A stretch of DNA of 64,000 nucleotides from Thermotogota bacterium (GTDB lineage Bacteria > Bipolaricaulota > Bipolaricaulia > UBA7950 > UBA9294), in NCBI GenBank assembly GCA_039679545.1, contig JBDKUT010000163.1:17997-81996 (forward strand), read 5' to 3'. The notes below the pieces were generated by a model. The model was not told the DNA's origin and did not search any database. It worked only from the letters and a program-made list of their open reading frames with translations. The position numbers and the translations under genes were made by a program. Below are positions 38,414-48,496 of the stretch, in pieces (positions within the stretch are counted from its first letter, which is position 1; each line of letters begins with the position of its first letter).

Positions 38414-38839
38414 ATGAGCAAGAAAACCCAAGCGTGGATTGCCGATGTCGTTCGCGAGATGGAGAAGAACACCGACGCGTCGACGTGCGCGCACATCCTG
38501 GAATCGTGCGGCCGCCACTGCGCCCCGGCGAGCTTGATCCAGAAGGCCAAGAACATCTACAAGAGCTCAGGGGGGATTCCCGAGTTCCTCGCTCGACTCG
38601 GCGAAGTGTTCGAAGCGCTCCAAATCGAGGACGGCGCCGTGTACGTAGTCTACCCTCGCTGCTATTGCGGCCAGATCAAGGGCATGCCGCCGGCCGACAT
38701 CCCAGACGCCTACTGCAACTGCTCCGTGGGGTGGATCCGCGAGGTTTTCGAGCAGGCGATCGGGCGTCCGGTGAAGGTCGAGCGCGTCACGACGGTCGTC
38801 TCCGGCGGCGACGAGTGCCGCTTCAAGGTCGTCCTCTAG
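38414..38839 (+). CDS. Cys-rich hypothetical protein (putative metal-binding; CxxxxC...CxxxC, CYC, CNC, C-terminal C)
   Basis: 141 aa, 8 Cys in conserved-looking spacing; high GC3; family not recognised. Confidence 0.55.
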   Translation: MSKKTQAWIADVVREMEKNTDASTCAHILESCGRHCAPASLIQKAKNIYKSSGGIPEFLARLGEVFEALQIEDGAVYVVYPRCYCGQIKGMPPADIPDAYCNCSVGWIREVFEQAIGRPVKVERVTTVVSGGDECRFKVVL

Positions 38840-38859
38840 CCGCGGCGGCTTCCATGCTG

Positions 38860-39612
38860 CTACGGGTTCGCGTCCCTTTCGAGGGATGACAGCGCTGCGA
38901 CGAACGTCGCAAACTGCAGTTCGTGCCGGCGAGCGATGGACTGGCGGATGAAGCGAAACTGGTAGTACCCGTAGCGATACGGGTCGCCGGCAAGGCTCGG
39001 GTAGAAGGTGTTGAAGTACGTAGCCGCATTGAGTGACGCGGGGGTCGGATCGGAGAGCCGCTCGAGGGCGGCGGCGAGAAGCGCGTCCAAACGGAGGAAG
39101 CGGTCTTCGCTCTCCGAGAACAGGTTGTAGAATGCAACCGCGCCGTCGTTGGCCAAGATCTCGGCGTCGTAGTAGTCCAGCTCGGCGCCCTGCACGGTCT
39201 GCAGCCAGTGCGTCAGCTCATGGGCAACGAGAAACCACTGGAACAGCTCCGCAAACAGCTCCCTCGCAACGGCTTCATCTCCGCCTGTCAGGGTCAGGAA
39301 GAAGCTCACCGTGGATTCCTGCGGAGGCCAGTACGGGATCACGATCCGCTGGGCCTTCGGGCTGAAGTGCGCCAAGTACGGGGTGTTTCGAACGACAACC
39401 TCGGGAAGCGAACCGACGTCTCCCCCAACGTCAGACACGGCCAGCGCGTAGGCCTCTACCGTACGCTCGATGTCTGCCTGGATCGCCGCAACGTCGGCGG
39501 GAGGGCACGGGGTCTGTGCCCGTCCGAGGACGCCGATCCCGCACACGGCGAACCCCACCAGGCACAACGCCCCCGCCCGCTTCCAGCACTCGTCGATGTC
39601 CACGGCCTCCAT
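38860..39612 (-). CDS. Putative secreted zinc metallopeptidase-like protein (HExxH: VAHELTHW)
   Basis: Signal-like N-terminus with Cys (possible lipoprotein), single HELTH motif; start ambiguous (ATG 39612 abuts GGGAGG; GTG 3 codons later). Confidence 0.55.
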   Translation of the reverse strand: MEAVDIDECWKRAGALCLVGFAVCGIGVLGRAQTPCPPADVAAIQADIERTVEAYALAVSDVGGDVGSLPEVVVRNTPYLAHFSPKAQRIVIPYWPPQESTVSFFLTLTGGDEAVARELFAELFQWFLVAHELTHWLQTVQGAELDYYDAEILANDGAVAFYNLFSESEDRFLRLDALLAAALERLSDPTPASLNAATYFNTFYPSLAGDPYRYGYYQFRFIRQSIARRHELQFATFVAALSSLERDANP

Positions 39613-39747
39613 CCTCCCGAGAGTCGCGAAGAGGATGCTCGAATCCGCACACCCCTCCGCCATCCTACGCCCCTTGACAGATCCCCGAGGACAGGATATC
39701 GTTCGCTACTTAACAATTAGCCGGTTGATGATTGAGGAGCAAACCGA

Positions 39748-40257
39748 ATGATCCACCACCCACGACAGCCAGAAGAGATGACGCTCGGGCAGCTGCTGAC
39801 CGAGGTCGCTCGGCTGACCGGCGACCGACTCCGCATCCAGATGAAGCAGATCGGCCTTCACCGCGCTCAGGCCTTCGCCCTGTTCTGCCTGTGGCACCAC
39901 GACGGGCTGGCACAGAACGAACTCGCGAGAAGAGTCCACGTTACGCCGGCGGCGGTCACGCCGATGCTCCAACGCATGGAGCGCGACGGCTGGGTGGAGC
40001 GCCGAACCGACCCGGACGATCAACGCATCTCGAGGGTCTACATGACGGACAAGGCACGAGCGCTCCGCCGGCAGGCATCGAGCGTGTTCCGTGATCTCGA
40101 CGCGGAGGTTGCAGGGGCGCTCTCGGCCGACGAGCGCGATGCTCTGCGGAAGCTCCTGATGAAAGTCCATGCGGAGTTCCGACGGCACATGGCACCGCTC
40201 CACCAGCACCGGTTCGGTTGGCTCCCCGGCGATGACGACCAGGAGGAAGGTTCGTGA
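39748..40257 (+). CDS. MarR family transcriptional regulator
   Basis: Winged-HTH MarR pattern (QAFALFCLWHHDGLAQNELARRVHVTPAAVTPMLQRMERDGWV); GAGGAG RBS. Confidence 0.9.
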   Translation: MIHHPRQPEEMTLGQLLTEVARLTGDRLRIQMKQIGLHRAQAFALFCLWHHDGLAQNELARRVHVTPAAVTPMLQRMERDGWVERRTDPDDQRISRVYMTDKARALRRQASSVFRDLDAEVAGALSADERDALRKLLMKVHAEFRRHMAPLHQHRFGWLPGDDDQEEGS

Positions 40258-42056
40258 AGTCCCTCATGCGGCTGTACCGGTTCGTGGGGCCGTACAAGTG
40301 GAAGGCGCTCGGCGCGCTTGCCCTCCTGCTGGGCATGGTGGCGGCCGATCTCGCCATCCCGCGGTTGTCGCAGCGGATCATCGATCAGGGCATCGGACAC
40401 CAGAACCTCCACGTCGTCTGGACCACGGCACTCATCATGCTCGGCACGGCGCTCGCGAGCGCCCTGTTCGCCATCGTCAACAACGCGCTCTCCGTCCAGG
40501 TTGGACAGAGCTTCGCGGCCGATGTCCGCAGCGCGCTGCTGCGGAGGGTTCAGCAGTTCTCGTTCGGGAACCTCGACCGGCTCCAGACGGGGCAACTCGT
40601 CGTTCGCTCGACGAGCGACGTCAACTTCGTTCAGATGATCGTCCAGATGTCGCTCCGCATCCTCACCCGCGCGCCGGTCTGGATGCTCGGCGCCATCGGA
40701 TTCCTGTTCGCCACAAGCATCGAACTCGGGTGGATTGTGCTTGCCTTCTTCCCCGTCATCATCCTGTTCATGGTCGTTTTCACCGGCCCGGCGACGAAGA
40801 TGTTCCTCGCCGTGCAGAAGCGGCTCGACCGCTTGAACACGGTCCTTCAGGAGAACCTGGCCGGCGTCCGCGTCGTCAAGGCGTTTGTCCGGGAGGATCA
40901 GGAAATCGAGCGTTTCGGGTCGGCGAACGAGGCGCTGACGGCGCAGTCGATCCGCGTGTTCCGCGTGCTCGCGCTCCTCATGCCGCTCATGATGGTGGTC
41001 ATGAACGCGGCCGTGATCGTGGCCCTGTGGTTCGGCGGGTCGATGACGCTCGAGGGCCGCATGACGGTTGGACAGGTCGTCGCCTCCGTTAACTACCTGT
41101 CGATGGCCCTCTTCCCGCTCCTCATGCTCGCCGGAATGGTGGCCCCGCTGGCCGCCGCCGACGCCTCGGCCAGCCGGATCCTCGAGGTCCTCGACGGCGA
41201 GCCCGAGGTCAAGGAGCGGCCCGGAGCGAAGACTCTCACAGCTCCGCGCGGCCGGATCGCCTTCGAGAACGTGTCGTTCGCCTACGGCGGCAACGGCGCT
41301 GATTCCGTCCTCCGCGACGTCAGCTTCGTCGCCGAGCCGGGCGAGACCGTGGCGATTCTCGGCGCCACCGGGTCAGGCAAGTCGACGCTCATCCACCTCA
41401 TCCCCCGGTTCTACGACGTGACCGCCGGACGGGTAACGTTCGACGGAGTCGACGTCCGCGACCTGACGATCACGTCGCTGCGGTCGCACATCGGCATCGC
41501 ACTGCAGGAAGCCGTCCTGTTCAGCGGTACCATCCGAGACAACATCTGCTACGGGCGCCCCGACGCATCGCAGATGGAGATCGAGGCCGCCGCCGCCGCC
41601 GCCCAGGCAGCGGAGTTCATCGCCTCCTTGCCGAACGGCTACGACACCGTCATCGGAGAGCGGGGGACGACGCTCTCCGGCGGGCAGCGGCAACGCCTGG
41701 CCATCGCCCGCGCGCTCGTCGTGCGCCCTAAGGTCCTCATCCTCGACGACTCGACGAGCGCGGTGGACATCGAAACCGAGGTGAAGCTCCAGGATGCCCT
41801 CGATCGCCTCGTCTCGGAGTCGGAGCACGCGACGACTCGATTCATCGTCGCACAGCGAATTTCCACCGTGCTCCTGGCTGACAAGATCCTTGTTCTCGAC
41901 GGCGGGAGAATCACCGCCGCGGGCACCCACCGCGAGTTGATGGAGACAAGCCCCGTGTACCGTGAGATCTACAACTCGCAGTTGGGGGAAGGCCGGCGAT
42001 CGCCGGCGGTCGACGCTGATCGGTCGACATCGGCGGGGGAGGTGCGGCATGGCTGA
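40254..42056 (+). CDS. ABC exporter, fused TMD-NBD (type I, heterodimer half 1)
   Basis: 6 TM + Walker A GATGSGKST, LSGGQRQRLAIARAL; GTG overlaps MarR stop (GTGA). Confidence 0.9.
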   Translation: MKSLMRLYRFVGPYKWKALGALALLLGMVAADLAIPRLSQRIIDQGIGHQNLHVVWTTALIMLGTALASALFAIVNNALSVQVGQSFAADVRSALLRRVQQFSFGNLDRLQTGQLVVRSTSDVNFVQMIVQMSLRILTRAPVWMLGAIGFLFATSIELGWIVLAFFPVIILFMVVFTGPATKMFLAVQKRLDRLNTVLQENLAGVRVVKAFVREDQEIERFGSANEALTAQSIRVFRVLALLMPLMMVVMNAAVIVALWFGGSMTLEGRMTVGQVVASVNYLSMALFPLLMLAGMVAPLAAADASASRILEVLDGEPEVKERPGAKTLTAPRGRIAFENVSFAYGGNGADSVLRDVSFVAEPGETVAILGATGSGKSTLIHLIPRFYDVTAGRVTFDGVDVRDLTITSLRSHIGIALQEAVLFSGTIRDNICYGRPDASQMEIEAAAAAAQAAEFIASLPNGYDTVIGERGTTLSGGQRQRLAIARALVVRPKVLILDDSTSAVDIETEVKLQDALDRLVSESEHATTRFIVAQRISTVLLADKILVLDGGRITAAGTHRELMETSPVYREIYNSQLGEGRRSPAVDADRSTSAGEVRHG

Positions 42057-43905
42057 CGCTCGCACCCAGCAAATCTCCAGACCCCACATGCCGGGCCCCG
42101 GCCCCGGACCTCGCGGCCACGGAATGATGGCCGTCGAGCGCGCGAAGAACGTGCGTGGAACCCTGAGCAGGCTGGTGCGGTACGCCGCGCCCTACCGAGC
42201 GGCTCTCGTCGTCGTCATCGTCCTCGCCGCGGTGAGCACCGGCATGGGACTCGCCGGCCCGTACCTCTTGGGGAAAGGCGTCGACGCCATCATCAAGATC
42301 GCCATGGGCCAAGCCGGGATCGACGTCCTGTTCCGGATCATCCTCACCATGATCGGCGTCTACGTCGTGTCGTGGGTCGCGAGCGCCGCCCAAGGGTGGA
42401 TCGTCGCAGGCGTGGCGCAGAAGATGATGCGCGCGCTCCGCGCGGAGCTGTTCGACCACATGCAGACCCTGTCGCTCCGCTTCTTCGACTCACGGACGTC
42501 GGGCGAGTTGATGAGCCGCCTTACGAACGACATGGATGCCGTGAGTCGAGTCCTGTCGCAGAACGTCACACAGCTCTTCTCTGGAATCCTGACCCTGGTC
42601 GGAGTGCTCGTCATCATGTTCGTCCTGAACCCGCTCCTCGCGCTCGGAACCCTCGTGGCGTTCCCGTTGATGGTGGGACTCGTCGGACTGGTCGGGTCGA
42701 AGACCCGCAAGGCGTTCCGCGGCTACCAGGCGAACCTGGGGGCGCTGAACGGCATCCTCGAGGAGGCGTACAGCGGCCAACGGGTCGTCATGGCCTACGG
42801 GCAGCAGGACGCGGTGCTCCAGAAGTTCGACACAGCCAACGAGGCCGTGCGCAAGGTGGGAACCCACGCGATGACGTACTCCCTCCTCGTCATGCCGCTG
42901 ATGGGCATTCTCTCCAACGCCAACATCGCGATCGTCGCCGGACTCGGAGGGTGGATGACGATCGTCGGCATGGCCACCATCGGCACGATTGCGTCGTTCA
43001 TCGGGTACTCGAACCGATTTGCCGAGCCGCTTCGCATGCTCGGCGATCTCTACAACCAAGTTCAGGCGGCCGTGGCCGGCGCGGAGCGCATCTTCGGCAT
43101 CATCGACACCGCTCCCGACCAAACCGATCCCGAGAACGCGACGGAATTGGGGCGCATCGAGGGCGATGTGCTCTTCGACCACGTGACGTTCTCGTACGTC
43201 CCGGGCGTGCCCGTCCTGAAGGATGTCTCCCTGCACGCGCGACCCGGAGAGCGGATTGCCCTCGTCGGCCCCACCGGTGCCGGCAAGACGACGATGGTGA
43301 ACCTTCTGTCGCGGTTCTACGACTTGGACTCCGGCTCCATCAAGATCGACGGAATCGACGTGCGCCAGGCGTCGCGCGCCAGCCTGCGCCGCAACCTCGG
43401 AATCGTCCTGCAGCAGTCGTTCCTGTTTGCGGAGAGCGTGATGGAGAACATCCGCTACGGGCGGCCGGATGCGACGGACGAGGAAGTCATCGCCGCCGCC
43501 ACCCTCGCGCGGGCCGACGGGTTCATCCACCGACTGCCCAAGGGCTACTCGACGATCCTGTCGGAGCGGGGCGCGAACCTCTCCGAGGGGCAGCGTCAGC
43601 TGATTGCGATCGCGCGGGCGATTCTCGCGGATCCGCGCATTCTCATTCTGGACGAGGCGACGTCAAGTGTGGACACGCGCACCGAAGTACGCATCCAGGA
43701 AGCGCTGCTCGCGCTGATGAAGGGGCGGACGAGTTTCGTGATTGCTCACCGCCTCTCGACGATCCGCGGCGCCGACCAAGTGATCATGATCGACCAAGGA
43801 GAGCTCGTGGAGCGTGGATCACACGAGGAGCTCATGCAGGCTCAAGGCGCCTACTACCGCCTCTACATGAGCCAGTTCCGCGGCCAAGCCGCGGCCTCCG
43901 CATGA
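42049..43905 (+). CDS. ABC exporter, fused TMD-NBD (heterodimer half 2)
   Basis: GPTGAGKTT, LSEGQRQLIAIARAI; 8-bp overlap with upstream gene. Confidence 0.9.
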   Translation: MADARTQQISRPHMPGPGPGPRGHGMMAVERAKNVRGTLSRLVRYAAPYRAALVVVIVLAAVSTGMGLAGPYLLGKGVDAIIKIAMGQAGIDVLFRIILTMIGVYVVSWVASAAQGWIVAGVAQKMMRALRAELFDHMQTLSLRFFDSRTSGELMSRLTNDMDAVSRVLSQNVTQLFSGILTLVGVLVIMFVLNPLLALGTLVAFPLMVGLVGLVGSKTRKAFRGYQANLGALNGILEEAYSGQRVVMAYGQQDAVLQKFDTANEAVRKVGTHAMTYSLLVMPLMGILSNANIAIVAGLGGWMTIVGMATIGTIASFIGYSNRFAEPLRMLGDLYNQVQAAVAGAERIFGIIDTAPDQTDPENATELGRIEGDVLFDHVTFSYVPGVPVLKDVSLHARPGERIALVGPTGAGKTTMVNLLSRFYDLDSGSIKIDGIDVRQASRASLRRNLGIVLQQSFLFAESVMENIRYGRPDATDEEVIAAATLARADGFIHRLPKGYSTILSERGANLSEGQRQLIAIARAILADPRILILDEATSSVDTRTEVRIQEALLALMKGRTSFVIAHRLSTIRGADQVIMIDQGELVERGSHEELMQAQGAYYRLYMSQFRGQAAASA

Positions 43906-43985
43906 AGGGCACCGAGGGGCTTCACAAATTGCACAAGGGACTTACGTAGCATCGGTTCTGGAAGTCAGGAAACGAGAGGAGTGAC

Positions 43986-44576
43986 ATGAAAAGGATAGCA
44001 GGCTTGCTTTGCGTAGCGGTGGTTCTTGCGGTGGCGGGCACGGCGCTCGCCCAGACCGACCTCAGCGTGTTCCCGAGCGGAACAACGAAGATGGTCTACA
44101 AGATGCGAACGGAGGACATGACCCAGCCGATGCCGCTCGAGCTCAGCGTAACCGTGCACGGAGACGGCACGTATACCGTCCGGATGGTGACGGAGGGGAC
44201 CGGCACGGAAGACGAGCTTGGGTCGTTCGGATTCATCGGCGGCATGACCTCCGTCAGCGCCAGCGGTCACGACGTGAGCTACACGTCGCTCCAGGCGCTC
44301 ATGGACCAGCGCAACCGCCTTCAGGAGGGTCAGGAGTATCTCCTCCCCGGCGGCGGCGCGTTCACCAACATCGTGGGCGCGACCATCGCCGGAGTGTGGT
44401 GCCTGCAGGGGACCCTCGTCGATCCGGATAACGCAGACGTGCGGACGACGGTGGCATTCGCCCTGTCCAAACCGGTCTACATCTCGCCCCTCATTCGCGT
44501 CGAGGAGCTGCGCAACGGTCAATGGGTTGAAGTCTTCTCGCTTGAGCTCGTTGAGTACACGGTGACCGGGAGCTAG
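43986..44576 (+). CDS. Secreted hypothetical protein (signal peptide), first gene of MacB-type ABC module
   Basis: MKRIAGLLCVAVVLAVAGTALA signal; GAGAGGAG RBS. Confidence 0.7.
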   Translation: MKRIAGLLCVAVVLAVAGTALAQTDLSVFPSGTTKMVYKMRTEDMTQPMPLELSVTVHGDGTYTVRMVTEGTGTEDELGSFGFIGGMTSVSASGHDVSYTSLQALMDQRNRLQEGQEYLLPGGGAFTNIVGATIAGVWCLQGTLVDPDNADVRTTVAFALSKPVYISPLIRVEELRNGQWVEVFSLELVEYTVTGS

Positions 44577-44578
44577 GC

Positions 44579-45265
44579 ATGGCACTGCTCGATCTTCAGG
44601 GTGTCACCAAGGACTACCCGCTTGGCAGCACGATCGTGAACGCGCTCCGCGGCCTCAACCTCTCCATCGAGAAGGGAGAGATCGTGGCGATCATGGGCCC
44701 GTCGGGATCGGGAAAATCCACGCTGATGCACATCCTCGGCGCGCTCGATGCCCCGACCGACGGGGAGGCACGGCTGGAGGGACAGGACCTCCGCAGCCTC
44801 TCCGAGAACGAGCTGGTGACGCTTCGGGGGAGGAAGGTCGGCTTCGTCTTCCAGACGTTCAACCTGATCCAAACTCTGACGGCGCAGCAGAACGTCGAGC
44901 TCCCGATGACGTTCCTCGGCGCGCGGCGAAGCGCTCGCGCGGAGCGAGCGCGGGCGCTGCTCGCCAAGGTCGGGCTCGCCGAGCGCGTGGGACATCGGCC
45001 GAACGAGCTCTCGGGGGGCGAGCGCCAACGAGTCGCCATCGCCCGCGCGCTGGCCAACGACCCGGAAATCCTCCTCGCCGACGAGCCCACGGGGAACCTC
45101 GACTCGGAGACCGGTGCAACGATCCTACAACTCCTGAAGCAGCTATGCGAGGACGAGGGGAAGACGATGATCCTCATCACCCACGACCCCGACGCCGCCG
45201 CGATCGCGGACCGCATCGTCCGGCTGCGCGACGGTCGCGTCGTCGAGGAGGCGCGCCATGTTTAG
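44579..45265 (+). CDS. ABC transporter ATP-binding protein (MacB/LolD-like)
   Basis: GPSGSGKSTL, LSGGERQRVAIARAL. Confidence 0.9.
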   Translation: MALLDLQGVTKDYPLGSTIVNALRGLNLSIEKGEIVAIMGPSGSGKSTLMHILGALDAPTDGEARLEGQDLRSLSENELVTLRGRKVGFVFQTFNLIQTLTAQQNVELPMTFLGARRSARAERARALLAKVGLAERVGHRPNELSGGERQRVAIARALANDPEILLADEPTGNLDSETGATILQLLKQLCEDEGKTMILITHDPDAAAIADRIVRLRDGRVVEEARHV

Positions 45266-46508
45266 GGATTTTCTCCTGCTCGCCGTGCAGAGCATCACGC
45301 ATCGGAAGCTGCGAAGCGCCCTCTCCGTGGTTGGCGTCTTCATCGGCATCATGGCGGTCGTAGCCTTGCTCACCTTTAGTCTCGGCGTTGAAAAAGCGAT
45401 CAACGATCAGGTCTCGAAGGTGTTTGGTGTTGACACCTTTATGTTGATCCATGAGGATCTCATGACGTCCAGGAATCACTCTAGCGACCTGAAGGGGTTC
45501 GCGCTCGATATCGAGGAGTTGCGGCGCGTAGACGGAGTGAAGACCGTCGCCGCCATCCGACAACGGACCGGGTTCCTCCAAGGGCCGCCCGGCGAGAGCG
45601 GCCAGAGCCAGCAGGGATTCCTGCCTGTGATGGGATTGACGCCTGAGATGTCGACGGAGTTCAAGTCCTTCCTCGGAGATATCGTCATCGAAGAAGGCGG
45701 CCGAGGGATTGAGCCAGGCGACACTCACACCGCGTTGCTCGGGAAGGAGATTGCGGAGCGCCTGAAGGCGAAGGTCGGCGACCAGATCATCATTGCGGGC
45801 GACAAGAGCGCAGAGATCACGGTCACAGTGGTCGGGGTTCTGACCGAGCAGAAGGAAGAGCAAGGGAGCGGATTCGGGTTTAGCACTGGTCCGAGTCTCG
45901 ATACGGTCTACGTCCCCTACGACTCCATGGACATGCTGTGGCCCGAGTCGAACGACGTTGTCTTCACGCTCGTTCGCACCGAACCGGAGCGGGATGTCGA
46001 CGAGGTTGCGGACCGCGTGGAGGCAGCGATGAAGGCGCGCGGATCGAAGGTGTCCGCAATGACCTTCACCGACATTTCGAAGACCATCGGCATGGTCACG
46101 GCAGTCATCAGTGGCTTGTTCGCTGGAATCGCTGGCATCTCCCTCCTCGTCGGCGGCATCGGGGTTATGAACACGATGTTCACCTCTGTGCTCGAGCGGA
46201 CGAAGGAAATCGGAATCATGAAGGCCGTCGGCGCGAAGAATCGCCACGTCCTGGCAGTCTTTCTCATTGAGTCAGGCCTGATGGGCCTAGCCGGCGGAAT
46301 CATCGGGGCGCTGGCGGGCATCGGGCTCGGCGCTGCTGCGACGTGGATTGTCCGCGCGATGTTCGACGTCAGCGTACCGCTCGTCATCAGCCCTATCGTC
46401 GTCGCCATGACGCTTCTAGGGGCCTTCGCACTTGGCGTCGTGGCCGGTTGGTGGCCGGCACGGCGCGGCGCTCGGATGCCGGTGGTGGACGCACTTCGGT
46501 ACGAGTAG
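45258..46508 (+). CDS. ABC transporter permease, FtsX/MacB family
   Basis: N-terminal TM, large periplasmic domain, C-terminal FtsX 3-TM bundle. Confidence 0.9.
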   Translation: MFRDFLLLAVQSITHRKLRSALSVVGVFIGIMAVVALLTFSLGVEKAINDQVSKVFGVDTFMLIHEDLMTSRNHSSDLKGFALDIEELRRVDGVKTVAAIRQRTGFLQGPPGESGQSQQGFLPVMGLTPEMSTEFKSFLGDIVIEEGGRGIEPGDTHTALLGKEIAERLKAKVGDQIIIAGDKSAEITVTVVGVLTEQKEEQGSGFGFSTGPSLDTVYVPYDSMDMLWPESNDVVFTLVRTEPERDVDEVADRVEAAMKARGSKVSAMTFTDISKTIGMVTAVISGLFAGIAGISLLVGGIGVMNTMFTSVLERTKEIGIMKAVGAKNRHVLAVFLIESGLMGLAGGIIGALAGIGLGAAATWIVRAMFDVSVPLVISPIVVAMTLLGAFALGVVAGWWPARRGARMPVVDALRYE

Positions 46509-46622
46509 CCGATTGCGGAAGGACGATCTTCGAGCCGTTGCGATATACGGGCGGCGCGGGAGCCGGATCCGCCGGCGCGGGTCCGGATCCCGCGCGACGT
46601 CCTCGTCGCGTCGCCGGACGAT
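46509..46622 (+). repeat. Imperfect direct repeat A (~80% identical to 47386-47500, which is the 5' end of gene 47393..48394)
   Basis: gacgatcttcgagccgttgcg...gggagccggatccgccggcgcgggtccggatcccgcgcgacgtcctcg vs gacgatctccgagccattgcg...gggagccggacccgccggtgcgggtccggctcctgcgcgacgtcctcg. Confidence 0.6.
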
Positions 46623-46708
46623 CCTCGTCCGTGCGCCTCGTGCGTCAAGCCGTGACTTCTGGACCCGCTACCCGAAGTCAACTACGCTGCGGTGCCCATC
46701 GGCAGGGT

Positions 46709-47269
46709 CTACTTCCCCCTTGCTCCGCCGATGCACCAGAGGTCATCCTGCCCCCACTGCGGATCGAAGCCATCTCCGTACCGATGAAGTGGCTGATAGC
46801 TGCCCTTCAACGGCGGTTCCAGCTTGCTCCCCAACGAGTCCACGTAGTCGAGCAGCTGTAGTGCACCGAGTATGCTTTTCAGTTTGTTCGCGGTTCGGGT
46901 CATAGGCGGCTGATACTGCAGAGCCTTCGCCACGTCGAGCGTCCCGTCGGGCGTCATCACAAGCTGCAGCTCGGCACTCAGCGCTGGCCCTATCACGTAG
47001 TACACAGCGAACGATAGCCCGATCTCGGCCCCCGTGACTACAAGGCCTGCTACCCCGGACGTCAGGGCCGCCGCGCCAAGTGCCGTCAACCCTGTTGTCG
47101 CCCCCTCGGCAATGGCAAAGCCGACGGAGATTGCCGACAGTGCAGTGCTGGCCGCCGCTCCTGGTGTAACGCGAGGTGGTTCCGGCTCAGCTGGTCTTCC
47201 CACACAGCTGACGCTGACAACCAGGGTGCTGCAGAGCACTATGCACCACACGATAGCCTTTCTGTACAT
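46709..47269 (-). CDS. Hypothetical lipoprotein in a lower-GC islet
   Basis: Signal + lipobox-like VSVSC; strong AAGGAGGTG RBS; local GC ~58% vs ~67% flanks. Confidence 0.65.
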   Translation of the reverse strand: MYRKAIVWCIVLCSTLVVSVSCVGRPAEPEPPRVTPGAAASTALSAISVGFAIAEGATTGLTALGAAALTSGVAGLVVTGAEIGLSFAVYYVIGPALSAELQLVMTPDGTLDVAKALQYQPPMTRTANKLKSILGALQLLDYVDSLGSKLEPPLKGSYQPLHRYGDGFDPQWGQDDLWCIGGARGK

Positions 47270-47385
47270 GACTGCACCTCCTTGGTCATCACTATACGTC
47301 TACTTCATGTCATATACTACCACTGAGTGACAACACCGTAGCGCGAGCCTGGCGCATCTACCATTCCACTGGATCCGTAGTACGA

Positions 47386-47500
47386 TTGCGCCATGTTAGC
47401 GCGGGACGATCTCCGAGCCATTGCGGTGCAGGTGCTGCGCCGGGAGCCGGACCCGCCGGTGCGGGTCCGGCTCCTGCGCGACGTCCTCGACGCGCCGATC
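47386..47500 (+). repeat. Imperfect direct repeat B (partner of 46509-46622)
   Basis: See repeat A. Confidence 0.6.
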
Positions 47501-48394
47501 GACGACTCGCGACTCCGAAGTGCCCGCGAGGGGCTCGACGATTCACCTCACGTTCTACTCTTGGTCTCGGAGCAACGCGACGACGGAAGCTGGGGCCGAC
47601 TTCACTCTCGCGACACCCACGCCGCCGCTGCCGTTCCGACGACCGAGTGGGCCGTCGAGCGGGCGGTCGCGCTCGGCGTCGACAGAGACCATCCGATGCT
47701 TCGGAGCGCCGCTGACCATCTCGCCGCTGTCGTCACGGGGCTCGCGGCACCGAGCGACCCTCCGGAACGAAACGACCGCTGGCCGACCGGCGTGGCCCTC
47801 TTCGCGGCGTCCACGCTTGCCCTCGTCGACTCCGAGCACCCGGCGCTCGACCCGGTCTGGGCTCTGTGGCACGAGATCGCCCGGCGCACCTTGGCAGGCG
47901 GAATCTACAATCCGGACGCCGAGGCAGCCGCGCATCGCGACCTCACCGGCGCCTCAGTTCGCGGAACCTACCTGACACTCGAGAATCGCTACGCCGTAAC
48001 CCTGCTCGCCTCCCGCGGCGACCGGATGGATCCCCACGTGCGCGCGGCCCTCTACCGCTGGCTGTGGAACCACCCGAAGGGGCTTGGCTACTTCGAGACT
48101 CCTCCTGCTGTTCCTCCGTCCGGCCGCGCGACAAGCGGTTTCATCGAGCGGTGGATCTGGACGCACGAGATCCTGGCGAGCCTCTCGACGCACGCCGCCG
48201 TGGGGCCGATCCTCGACGCACTTGAAGCCAACCGGCGCAGCGACGGGTTGTGGGACCTTGGCCCTCGCGCGTCGTTCGCATCGGCTCTTCCCCTTTCGGC
48301 GACATGGCGGGCCAAGGACGCACGCGCCGTCGACTGGACGACACGCATCCTCACGCTCGCGTCCCGCTGGCTGGGGAACCTCGCTTCCGCGTAG
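47393..48394 (+). CDS. Hypothetical protein (possible alpha/alpha-toroid, QxxDGSWG-type repeat)
   Basis: High GC3 333-aa ORF; single QRDDGSWG and SDGLWD motifs; no RBS. Confidence 0.6.
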   Translation: MLARDDLRAIAVQVLRREPDPPVRVRLLRDVLDAPIDDSRLRSAREGLDDSPHVLLLVSEQRDDGSWGRLHSRDTHAAAAVPTTEWAVERAVALGVDRDHPMLRSAADHLAAVVTGLAAPSDPPERNDRWPTGVALFAASTLALVDSEHPALDPVWALWHEIARRTLAGGIYNPDAEAAAHRDLTGASVRGTYLTLENRYAVTLLASRGDRMDPHVRAALYRWLWNHPKGLGYFETPPAVPPSGRATSGFIERWIWTHEILASLSTHAAVGPILDALEANRRSDGLWDLGPRASFASALPLSATWRAKDARAVDWTTRILTLASRWLGNLASA

Positions 48395-48432
48395 AGCAAG
48401 AACCTTCTTCCCAACTCCCATGGCGCGACCTC

Positions 48433-48477
48433 TTGACAGAGCGCCGATCGCCTGTAGAATGACTGACCAGTCAGTCA
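48433..48477 (+). promoter_or_regulatory. Consensus sigma70 promoter TTGACA-16-TAGAAT followed by perfect inverted repeat TGACTGAC-CA-GTCAGTCA (candidate TetR operator)
   Basis: Read directly; IR overlaps -10/+1, 20 nt upstream of AAGGAG RBS of TetR gene. Confidence 0.65.
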
Positions 48478-48496
48478 GTAGCAGCTAAGGAGCCAC

